From Bacteroidota bacterium (lineage in GTDB: Bacteria > Bacteroidota > Bacteroidia > Bacteroidales > UBA10428): a stretch of 32,941 nucleotides of DNA. The notes under the pieces were generated by a model. The model saw only the letters and a program-made list of their open reading frames with translations. It was not told where the DNA came from and did not search any database. This document shows, in pieces, positions 24,675-32,459 of this stretch. Where the stretch lies: NCBI GenBank assembly GCA_017860375.1, contig JAGDMB010000001.1, positions 1 to 32,941 of the forward strand, read 5' to 3'. A program made the position numbers and the translations under genes. The stretch's first letter is position 1, and the number at the start of each line of letters is the position of its first letter.

Positions 24675-24935
24675 ATGACAGGGTTTATCCGGATCATATT
24701 ACTGCTTGTCCTCTTCTATTATCTGACACGGATCATTACACGGTATTTGGTGCCGTTTCTTTTTGGCAGTTACGTGAACCGGAAAATGAATGATTTCCAG
24801 GGCAGATCTGGCAGACAGCAGAAAACCCATAACCGGAAGAAAGAAGGAGAGGTCACGGTGGACTATACTCCGCAGGAAGGGAATAAAAACAAAGACCGCG
24901 GGGAATATGTTGAATATGAAGAGATTAAGGATTAA
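24675..24935 (+). CDS. Small membrane protein (86 aa), DUF4834-like
   Basis: N-terminal TM helix FIRIILLLVLFYYLTRII, a basic linker, and a C-terminal GEYVEYEEIKD tail. I recall this pattern from a small Bacteroidota-specific family, but the family name is from memory and unverified. Confidence 0.65.
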   Translation: MTGFIRIILLLVLFYYLTRIITRYLVPFLFGSYVNRKMNDFQGRSGRQQKTHNRKKEGEVTVDYTPQEGNKNKDRGEYVEYEEIKD

Positions 24936-25714
24936 TAGTTTTCGGGATCCCTGATTTCATCCGTTGTCATTGCCTTGATCTTCTTGGCAAAATTCGAGGC
25001 AAAGACGAAGTCATTCAGGTTCACATCCTCGCTGTTGAGGATATCTTCCTTTGTTCCCTCCCAGCACTTTCGTCCTTCATGGATAAAGACCACTTTTTCG
25101 CCGATTTCCATTACCGAATTCATATCGTGTGTATTGACAATGGTGGTAATATCAAATTCCTTTGTGATTTCGCTGATCAGGTCATCAATCAGCAGCGCGG
25201 TTATGGGATCCAGGCCCGAATTGGGCTCATCGCAAAAAAGGTATTTTGGATTCTGAACGATGGCGCGGGCAATGGCCACCCTTTTTTTCATGCCTCCGCT
25301 TAACTCACCGGGATAAAGGGCATTCTCATTTTCGAGATTCACCCGTTTCAGACAAAAATTTACCCGGTCTGTTTTATCCCCCGGTGTCATGTCAGAGAAC
25401 ATGTTCAGGGGGAACATCACGTTTTCTTCAACGGTCAGGGAGTCAAACAGGGCACTGCCCTGAAACAGCATTCCGATCTCACGGCGAAGGTTTTGCCTTT
25501 CCTTGAAATTCATTTTCAGAAAGTCGCGTCCGTCAAAAAACACGGACCCTTTATCGGCTTCGTGAAGGCCCACGATGCATTTCATCAGAACCGTCTTTCC
25601 CGAACCGCTTCGTCCTATGATTAGATTTGTCTTCCCTTTTTCAAAACTCACGGAGATGTCATCGAGAACGCTTTCTCCGGAAAAGGACTTGTACAGGTCT
25701 TTCACTTCTATCAT
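24932..25714 (-). CDS. mlaF: ABC transporter ATP-binding protein, MlaF-like
   Basis: The start MIEVKDLYKSF is at 25714, where ATG overlaps the mlaE stop as ATGA. It has Walker A GRSGSGKT and the signature LSGGMKKR. The 349-aa ORF in the track is an artefactual 5' extension into mlaE. Confidence 0.9.
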   Translation of the reverse strand: MIEVKDLYKSFSGESVLDDISVSFEKGKTNLIIGRSGSGKTVLMKCIVGLHEADKGSVFFDGRDFLKMNFKERQNLRREIGMLFQGSALFDSLTVEENVMFPLNMFSDMTPGDKTDRVNFCLKRVNLENENALYPGELSGGMKKRVAIARAIVQNPKYLFCDEPNSGLDPITALLIDDLISEITKEFDITTIVNTHDMNSVMEIGEKVVFIHEGRKCWEGTKEDILNSEDVNLNDFVFASNFAKKIKAMTTDEIRDPENY

Positions 25715-26454
25715 CAGGCCAGCATTAATTGGGTGAGAATAACATCGGTCATGAGAATCAGGATACTGCTGAATACAACACCCCGTGTGCTTGCCCGACC
25801 GACTTCGAGTGCACCACCTTTTACATTGTAACCCTGAAAGGCGGAGACGGAGGTAATGATGAAGGCATAAAAAACGGTCTTGATCAGCGCATAAACAATA
25901 TAAAACGGTATAAAGTAATATTGGATGCCATATAAATAATCGGCGGAGGGAAGCGCACCCGTGATAATACAGGCCATCCACCCGCCGAAAAGTCCGACCG
26001 ACATGGAGATAGCCGTAAGGAAGGGATTGAATACCATGGTGGCGATTATCTTGGGTAAAACAAGGTAACTGGCGGAATTGACTCCCATCATCTCGAGGGC
26101 ATCTATCTGTTCGGTAATGCGCATATGCCCGATTTCTGACGCGATATTGGAGCCCACCTTACCGGCCAGTATAAGGCCTACCATGGTAGAGGAAAATTCC
26201 AGCAGCATGGTATCCCTGGCCGTAAGGCCGATGATATAAAGAGGCAGCAAAGGATTTTCAAGGTTGTACCGGGTTTGCAGGGTAATTACAGCCCCGATGA
26301 AAATTGAGATAATGATCACTATTCCGACGGAATTAAATCCCAGGCTCTCCATTTCCAAAATGGTTTGCTTCAGATAGATCCGTGCTTTCTCGGGACGGGA
26401 AAACACCCTGGACATGAAAATAACATACCGGCCGAATACGGAAAGAAAGCGCAT
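25714..26454 (-). CDS. mlaE: ABC transporter permease, MlaE family
   Basis: 246-aa polytopic membrane protein with the typical MlaE/Ttg2B layout (EMESLGFNSVGIV.., ITEQIDALEMMG). Confidence 0.88.
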   Translation of the reverse strand: MRFLSVFGRYVIFMSRVFSRPEKARIYLKQTILEMESLGFNSVGIVIIISIFIGAVITLQTRYNLENPLLPLYIIGLTARDTMLLEFSSTMVGLILAGKVGSNIASEIGHMRITEQIDALEMMGVNSASYLVLPKIIATMVFNPFLTAISMSVGLFGGWMACIITGALPSADYLYGIQYYFIPFYIVYALIKTVFYAFIITSVSAFQGYNVKGGALEVGRASTRGVVFSSILILMTDVILTQLMLA

Positions 26455-26467
26455 ATTTATTTTTGTT

Positions 26468-26475
26468 CAAAATTA
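26468..26475 (-). promoter_or_regulatory. TAatTTTG candidate -7 promoter element for mlaEF
   Basis: Plus-strand caaaatta is an exact minus-strand TAnnTTTG, ending 13 nt upstream of the mlaE ATG. A second match (TAaaTTTG) lies at 26536-26543. Confidence 0.35.
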
Positions 26476-26609
26476 ATGATATCGTACTAAAATCAAATAA
26501 TCTATTCACTTAATCTACATATATACCGCTCCGATCAAATTTATTTCAGGAATACACCTATTTTACTTATTTTCGCTGGAAAGTCAGGAATCTTTATATC
26601 CATGATCCT

Positions 26610-27707
26610 ATGAACAGAAGTCATTATTGTGTTATTATGGCCGGCGGCATTGGAAGCCGGTTCTGGCCGTTAAGCCGAACAAAAAAACCCAAACAGTTTC
26701 TGGATATTCTCGGAACCGGAAGAACATTGCTGCAGCAAACTTTCGACAGGCTGAAGAAAGTATTCCCGGTAGAGAATATCTTCATCGTTTCCAACGAAGA
26801 TTATAAAAATCTGATAGTAAAACAATTACCGGAACTTAAAGAAAACCAGATCCTCCTTGAACCCATGCGGAGAAATACGGCTCCCTGCATTGCCTATGCC
26901 AATTACAAAATCCAGCTTGAGGATCCCAATGCCATCATCCTTGTGGCGCCTTCCGATCATATTATTCTTAAAGAAAACGATTTTCTGGATGTGGTGAAAA
27001 AAGGCCTTGATTTTGTTGCCACCAACGACAGTTTGCTTACCCTGGGTATTCAACCCAACAGGCCTGAGACCGGTTACGGATACATTCAGATAAACGGGGA
27101 CAGGAGCAAGGTACTGGATCTGAATTCGAGCATCCGCAAAGTGAAAACCTTCACGGAAAAGCCCAATCTCGAAATGGCCGAAGTATTCCTGAGAAGCGGA
27201 GATTTCTTCTGGAATTCAGGGATGTTCCTGTGGTCATTAAAATCCATTGTCAAAGCATTTGAGGCATACCTGCCTGAAGTCAACACCCTTTTTAAGGAAG
27301 GCCTTGAGTTTTATAATTCACCGCGCGAAGCCGAATTCATTGCAAAAACCTATCCAAACTGCCGGAATATATCCATTGACTATGGCATTATGGAGAAAGC
27401 CGAAAATGTGCATGTGCTGTGCTCCGATTTTGGATGGTCCGACCTGGGAACCTGGGGTTCCCTTTATGACACCCTGAATAAAAACCAGGACAACAATGCC
27501 ATCTCAGGCTCCAATGTACTGACCTACAACACCCAGAATTGCATCATCAACGTACCGGATGACAAATTAACGGTCATCCATGGTCTGGATGATTACATTA
27601 TCGTTGAATCTGAAAATATCCTATTGATTTGCCGTAAACAGGACGAGCAAAAGATAAAGAATTTTGTCAACGATGTAAAAATTGAGAAGGGGGAGGATTT
27701 TATCTGA
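26610..27707 (+). CDS. manC: Mannose-1-phosphate guanylyltransferase
   Basis: N-terminal MAGGIGSRFWPLSR (GGxGxRxWPLSR motif). At 365 aa it has no isomerase domain. Confidence 0.88.
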   Translation: MNRSHYCVIMAGGIGSRFWPLSRTKKPKQFLDILGTGRTLLQQTFDRLKKVFPVENIFIVSNEDYKNLIVKQLPELKENQILLEPMRRNTAPCIAYANYKIQLEDPNAIILVAPSDHIILKENDFLDVVKKGLDFVATNDSLLTLGIQPNRPETGYGYIQINGDRSKVLDLNSSIRKVKTFTEKPNLEMAEVFLRSGDFFWNSGMFLWSLKSIVKAFEAYLPEVNTLFKEGLEFYNSPREAEFIAKTYPNCRNISIDYGIMEKAENVHVLCSDFGWSDLGTWGSLYDTLNKNQDNNAISGSNVLTYNTQNCIINVPDDKLTVIHGLDDYIIVESENILLICRKQDEQKIKNFVNDVKIEKGEDFI

Positions 27708-27731
27708 GATTAAACGGAATTTGCAGTCCGC

Positions 27732-28037
27732 TTATTCCTCTTCGTCGGCAACATCTTCGCCGATCTCAAGGTTTTCGAAATTATCAAATTCATCAAAGGA
27801 GGAAGATTCAATATCATCGTCGGATTCGGAAGCCGTACTTTTGGGCATTTTAATCAGGAAATACGTATCCTCCGTTTCGTAAGGCAGGGCCACTTCAATT
27901 TCTCCGCGGGTATTGGTGAAAGTAATAAGATGATCATCAAACCCGTCGGGATATTTTTCTTTTATCCGTTCGACCATTTCGTCCGGAAGCTGCTCGTACG
28001 ATTTTATTATCCTTTTCTTTGCTACGTTCTTTGCCAC
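27732..28037 (-). CDS. Hypothetical small protein (101 aa) with a polyacidic C-terminal tail
   Basis: GTG start. The folded-looking N-terminal ~65 aa are followed by ASESDDDIESSSFDEFDNFENLEIGEDVADEEE. No motif recognised. Confidence 0.55.
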   Translation of the reverse strand: MAKNVAKKRIIKSYEQLPDEMVERIKEKYPDGFDDHLITFTNTRGEIEVALPYETEDTYFLIKMPKSTASESDDDIESSSFDEFDNFENLEIGEDVADEEE

Positions 28038-28130
28038 GACTTTGCAGGTGATATTAACGTTGTAAGTATGGGGGTAAATTTATATAAATTTTATTCTTAA
28101 TAGCAAACTATATTTGGTAAATATTTTTTT

Positions 28131-29324
28131 TTACGTGTTGTTTTCCGTAAGGATTATGCTGATATCAGGATCATTAAGCCATTCCGAATTCATGATCTTC
28201 TGCAGATTGATCTTCGCTATAAAATAATCGCATTCTGGCGATTCATACCGGATGGAAACACTTTCAAAAACAGCAGGATCGATTTTTAATTTCCCTTTTT
28301 GCCTGACATATACCTCCACTACATGATCATTGCTGTACTTATAATTCAAATGCTGATCCATTTTTTTGTACTCGTACCGGTATCCATAGGTCAACGCTGA
28401 AATATCCGAAAGAACGGCTGATCCGGTTGAATTTCCCCCTGCCCCTTTGCCCATAAAAAACTGGTTTTCCGAGAAAGCGCCCTCCAGGATGAGACCATTG
28501 TATTCAAAATTCACTTTGTTGAGGGTATCCGACAGCGGAACGAATTTCGGCATGCAGTAGGCATATACCTTGTTTCCGACCTTCCGGCAATTTGCAATCA
28601 GTTTTATGGTGGCATTCTTTTCTTTTGCATGGCGTATGTCAAAATCATTCAGATGCTGGATGCCATAGTTGAATACATCGCCCGGATGCAGCACAATGCC
28701 AAAGGCATGCACAAGAATGATCATCAGTTTGTATTTGGCATCAAATCCCTCCACGTCAAGACGGGGGTCACTTTCGGCAAAACCCATCTCCTGGGCTTCT
28801 TTAAGAGCCTTCTCAAAACTCTTGTTATGCTGGAAAATATGCGTCAGGATATAATTGGTCGATCCGTTCAATATACCTTCCACACTGCGCAGCAATTCAT
28901 TGTCATAATATTCTTCCAGGTTTCGGATGATGGGTATGCTGGCACAACACGAAGCCTCGTACAAAAATGAAACGCCGTTTTCCTGCTGAAGGCGGAGCAA
29001 CTCGTCGAGGTGTTCGGCGATCATTTTTTTATTGGCGGAAACAACGGCTTTCTTTTTTTTCAATGCCGTCTCCACAATTTCAAATGCAGCCTGCACATCG
29101 TCGATCAGTTCGACGATCACATCGATCTCCGGGTCATTGAGGATTTCATTCCGGTCGGTGGTAAAAAGGGATGCATCCAGGATTCGTTTCTTTTCAGGAT
29201 GTTTGATGCATATTTTCCGGATGGTGGCATTAAATCCTCTCGTATGGTTCAATACATTGTAAAGGCCTTGTCCCACGCACCCAAATCCAAAAATTCCAAG
29301 GTTGATCTTTTTTTCCATTTTCAT
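28131..29324 (-). CDS. hom: Homoserine dehydrogenase
   Basis: NAD-binding start INLGIFGFGCVGQG, a central homoserine dehydrogenase catalytic region (AFGIVLHPGDV.., GKGAGGNSTGSAVLSDI) and an ACT-like C-terminus. Confidence 0.9.
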   Translation of the reverse strand: MKMEKKINLGIFGFGCVGQGLYNVLNHTRGFNATIRKICIKHPEKKRILDASLFTTDRNEILNDPEIDVIVELIDDVQAAFEIVETALKKKKAVVSANKKMIAEHLDELLRLQQENGVSFLYEASCCASIPIIRNLEEYYDNELLRSVEGILNGSTNYILTHIFQHNKSFEKALKEAQEMGFAESDPRLDVEGFDAKYKLMIILVHAFGIVLHPGDVFNYGIQHLNDFDIRHAKEKNATIKLIANCRKVGNKVYAYCMPKFVPLSDTLNKVNFEYNGLILEGAFSENQFFMGKGAGGNSTGSAVLSDISALTYGYRYEYKKMDQHLNYKYSNDHVVEVYVRQKGKLKIDPAVFESVSIRYESPECDYFIAKINLQKIMNSEWLNDPDISIILTENNT

Positions 29325-29418
29325 TGTTTATTTGACTAAAAAGGAAGAACCATGCCCCCATAAAACAAAAAAACCCTTCCGATACGTCAAAAGAGTTTTG
29401 ATGATTACATGCTCTGAT

Positions 29419-29534
29419 GGCTTATCTTTCTCTCCCGATACCTCGGGGGAGGGGGAGTTGGCACCTTCTCTCCGCTTTGCAGAGAGGGTTGCCAAGGTTT
29501 CGCAGGGCCATTCCCTCCACCTTTCCTGATAAGG
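29419..29534 (-). promoter_or_regulatory. SAM-I (S-box) riboswitch aptamer in the hom leader
   Basis: The minus strand reads CCUUAUCAGGAAAGGUGGAGGGAAUGGCCCUGCGAAACCUUGGCAACCCUCUCUGCAAAGCGGAGAGAAGGUGCCAACUCCCCCUCCCCCGAGGUAUCGGGAGAGAAAGAUAAGCC. This contains P1 (CUUAUC/GAUAAG), the GGUGGAGGGA..GGCCC..GAAACC..GGCAACC core, a P3 hairpin, GGUGCCAA, and a P4 hairpin. Confidence 0.88.
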
Positions 29535-29557
29535 ATTCATTAAATGAACGATGGGGG

Positions 29558-29565
29558 CAAATATA
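29558..29565 (-). promoter_or_regulatory. TAtaTTTG candidate -7 promoter element driving the riboswitch-hom transcript
   Basis: Plus-strand caaatata is an exact minus-strand TAnnTTTG, 24 nt upstream of the first aptamer nucleotide. Confidence 0.45.
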
Positions 29566-29570
29566 AAACT

Positions 29571-31001
29571 TTAATTATTTTTTTTCGTTAATAGGTGCAC
29601 AATTCCTCTTTTTGCATCCGGCTTCAGATCCGTCAGTTCTTCTATCTTCACCGGCCGTCCCTCATCAATGCTTTTTCGGGCGGCGATGCCAAGCAGGTTT
29701 GCCATGGCCCCGTCACGAGAACCGGCTGAATGGTGGTACGGATCGGATACAGGCTCGCCCCTGAAGATCGCATCCTTAAGACGATTGTCGCCTCCCCCGT
29801 GACCTCCTCTAAGCATGGGCACTTTAATCATCCGGGACTCCCCGAAATTATCCGATACCACAATTTCGTCATAGGCAGTTTCATCTTCCTTTGCATTCTG
29901 ATCCATTTCTTTGGTATGCCTTTCTGCCTGGTTTACCTTATCCTGTTCGCGCCAGGGCAGATCCTGCCAGCTGTCCAGCCGCCCCTTCATTCCGTTAAAA
30001 GCGATCGTAAGCCCTTCATAAGGAGAATAAGTGGTCAGGGAATAGCTTACCTGAACATCGTTCGCATATTTAACCTGTACGGCCATCTTGTCGAAGATAT
30101 CGATCTCCTCGCGCCATACACAGTTGTCACGGATATAGCCGTCATGCATTTCATTGGCCGCATACAGCTTCATGTAGAAATCATCCTTTGTAATGTCCCA
30201 GAAGAATTTGCAGGATGAAGTATGCGGGCAGGACCGGCATTTGGCGCCCCTGAAAGCATTGTTTTTACCGTAATGCTCCAGTTTTCCGTAGGCATGAACT
30301 TCCACGGGATCCGAATCAATCCACCAGTTCAGCAGATCAAAATGATGGCTGGCCTTGTGCAGCAAAAGCGTACCGCTTTTATTGCGCAGGCTGTGCCATC
30401 TTCTGAAATAGTCCGCACCGTGGTAAGTGTTCAGGTACCAGTGAAAATCCACTGAGGTGATGCGCCCGATGCGTTCTTCGGCCAGGATTTCCTTGATCCG
30501 GGTGAACAAGGTACCGTACCGGTAATTAAAAGTAACCTGGAGTTTCTTTCCTGTCCTTCTTTCTGCATCCAAAATCCGCTGGCATTTCGCCTCATCGGTG
30601 GTCATGGGTTTCTCGGTGATCACGTCGGCCCCCATCTCCATCCCTTTCACGATGAATTCGTCATGCGTTGCATCCACCGTGGTCACGATGACAAGTTCGG
30701 GTTTGGTTTTGACCATCATCTCTGTAAAATCGGTAAAAACCGGACAGGCTATCCCCATATATTCCAGCGCAAAAGAAAGCCTTCCCGGATTGCTGTCGCA
30801 CAATCCGACAAATTCAATCCGGTCGCTGTACTCGTCCATAAGGGATTTTCCCCACATGGTAATACCCCTGCTGCCCGTTCCGACCAGGGCAATTCGCTTT
30901 TTATCCGACCTGCCGGAAAGGCCAAAGGATGATGCAGGGGACATCAGCAATCCGCCTGCGGTAAGAATACTTGATGTTTTGATGAAGTTTCTGCGTTTCA
31001 T
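29571..31001 (-). CDS. Tat-exported Gfo/Idh/MocA-family NAD-binding oxidoreductase, possibly GH109-like
   Basis: Twin-arginine signal MKRRNFIKTSSILTAGGLLM and a Rossmann start RIALVGTGSRG. The C-terminal alpha/beta domain carries a CxxCx5C motif (CRSCPHTSSC). Confidence 0.8.
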   Translation of the reverse strand: MKRRNFIKTSSILTAGGLLMSPASSFGLSGRSDKKRIALVGTGSRGITMWGKSLMDEYSDRIEFVGLCDSNPGRLSFALEYMGIACPVFTDFTEMMVKTKPELVIVTTVDATHDEFIVKGMEMGADVITEKPMTTDEAKCQRILDAERRTGKKLQVTFNYRYGTLFTRIKEILAEERIGRITSVDFHWYLNTYHGADYFRRWHSLRNKSGTLLLHKASHHFDLLNWWIDSDPVEVHAYGKLEHYGKNNAFRGAKCRSCPHTSSCKFFWDITKDDFYMKLYAANEMHDGYIRDNCVWREEIDIFDKMAVQVKYANDVQVSYSLTTYSPYEGLTIAFNGMKGRLDSWQDLPWREQDKVNQAERHTKEMDQNAKEDETAYDEIVVSDNFGESRMIKVPMLRGGHGGGDNRLKDAIFRGEPVSDPYHHSAGSRDGAMANLLGIAARKSIDEGRPVKIEELTDLKPDAKRGIVHLLTKKNN

Positions 31002-31120
31002 GGTATTAAAAAGTTTGTAAGTCCGGGAAGACCAGGCGACCTCCCGGGTATTATAAAAGTATAAAAAAAAACAACATCGGATCTGAAATGGGGTCTGAAA
31101 GCCGGCGGGACCTTCTGCCC

Positions 31121-31702
31121 TTATTCAACTGTTCCCTTTAACCCGATAGCCTCTGCCACTTTCCGCATGCCTCGGATGGTCTCTTCAATTACGAAATCCA
31201 GGTCTTTTCCCATCATGGCTGCGCCCCTTTCAATGACTTCACGGTTGGCCCCGGCGGCAAAGTGTTGAATATTCCATTTCTTTTTTACCGATTTGGCCTC
31301 CATGTCCAGGATCGACTTTGTCGGGCGCACCAGAGCAGAAGCTGCCACGAGTCCGGTTAATTCATCGATGGTAAACAAAACCTTTTCCATGATGTGCACC
31401 GGTTCTACATCCGAACAAATGCCCCAGCCATGGCTGACGACAGAATGGATATAGGAGGAAGGCCAGTTTTCATCCTCCAGTATTTTTTTTGTCATGGTAC
31501 AATGCTGTTCGGGGTACTTCTCGTAGTCGAGGTCATGAACAAGACCGATAATGCCCCATTTTTCACTGTCTTCCTTGTAGATCGCTGCGAAGTGACGCAT
31601 CACGGCCTCAACCGAAAGCGCGTGTTTGATCAGCCGTTCGTTCTGATTGAACCGGAGAAGAAGCTGCCAGGCCTGTTCGCGTGAAGGGGTAAAGGATTCC
31701 AT
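31121..31702 (-). CDS. HD-domain metal-dependent phosphohydrolase
   Basis: The HD motif GLVHDLDYEKYPEQH is preceded by IKHALSVEAVMRHFA. The ATG at 31702 (MESFTPSREQ) is preferred over the track start at 31729. Confidence 0.8.
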   Translation of the reverse strand: MESFTPSREQAWQLLLRFNQNERLIKHALSVEAVMRHFAAIYKEDSEKWGIIGLVHDLDYEKYPEQHCTMTKKILEDENWPSSYIHSVVSHGWGICSDVEPVHIMEKVLFTIDELTGLVAASALVRPTKSILDMEAKSVKKKWNIQHFAAGANREVIERGAAMMGKDLDFVIEETIRGMRKVAEAIGLKGTVE

Positions 31703-31784
31703 ATTTCTTTTTGTAAAGATAAAAAACAATGTTTCATTCTGGTTTTACCCGAAGGATTATCTTTACCTTTAGGGATCCATTAAA

Positions 31785-32459
31785 TTGATCATTGCCGTGC
31801 CGGAAATCATCGATTTATCCCATACCCTCACCTCAGACATTAGTGTTTACCCGGGTTCGGATCATCCTGTTCTGAAAAATACTGCCTCTCTTCAGCGGGA
31901 AGGCTACCGCGAAAAAGAACTGGTATTGTCCACCCATCACGGCACCCATATCGACTGTCCCGTTCATATTCTCAGCGAAGGCCTTCATACCGGCAATGCT
32001 CCGCTTACCCTTTTTTACGGAAAAGGATTTGTAATGGATTGCAGAGCCTTTGCCCCGGAAGAAAAGATACCCGCAGGAATGTTGCATTCTTTGGAGCCGG
32101 AACTTTCCGGCACCGATTTCCTGTTGTTTTTGACCGGTATGGACCGGTACTGGAAATCGCCGGAGTATGAAGGCAGGTATCCTGTCCCCGGTCATGAAGC
32201 TGCAGATTACCTTACCCGGTTTCATTTGAAGGGCATTGGCATCGACGCACTCAGCATTGATCCGGTTGGAGACACAGAACTGGCAGTTCATAAAACCTTT
32301 CTTTCCGGAAACATACTGATTATTGAAAACCTGACGGGTCTTGAAAAACTGCTGAACAGAAAATTCCTGTTTTGTTGTTTCCCGCTGAAAATTGAGGAAG
32401 GTGACGGTTCTCCGGTGAGGGCATGTGCTATTGTGGAGGAGTTGCTTACAACTCTTTGA
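31785..32459 (+). CDS. Cyclase-family protein (kynurenine formamidase-like metal hydrolase)
   Basis: HHGTHIDCPVH matches the HxGTHxDxPxH cyclase-family signature. TTG start. Confidence 0.8.
   Translation: MIIAVPEIIDLSHTLTSDISVYPGSDHPVLKNTASLQREGYREKELVLSTHHGTHIDCPVHILSEGLHTGNAPLTLFYGKGFVMDCRAFAPEEKIPAGMLHSLEPELSGTDFLLFLTGMDRYWKSPEYEGRYPVPGHEAADYLTRFHLKGIGIDALSIDPVGDTELAVHKTFLSGNILIIENLTGLEKLLNRKFLFCCFPLKIEEGDGSPVRACAIVEELLTTL

Noticed and set aside
25715-25981. N-terminal 89-aa extension of the 349-aa ORF (24932-25981) overlapping mlaE
   Set aside because: The extension is Cys-, His- and Arg-rich nonsense lying inside mlaE in another frame. The ABC ATPase homology begins at MIEVKDLYKSF, whose ATG overlaps the mlaE stop (ATGA), the usual coupled arrangement.
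29302-29540. Small ORFs 29302-29529 (+) and 29328-29540 (-) between hom and the oxidoreductase
   Set aside because: They cover the SAM-I riboswitch aptamer. The open frames result from the GC-rich structured RNA, and the sequences look non-protein-like.
31020-31050. Hairpin ccggga-N13-tcccgg in the leader of the Tat oxidoreductase gene
   Set aside because: The stem is only 6 bp with a 13-nt loop. On the transcribed (minus) strand the T-run precedes the stem rather than following it, so it is not a terminator. There is no supporting motif for a regulatory RNA.
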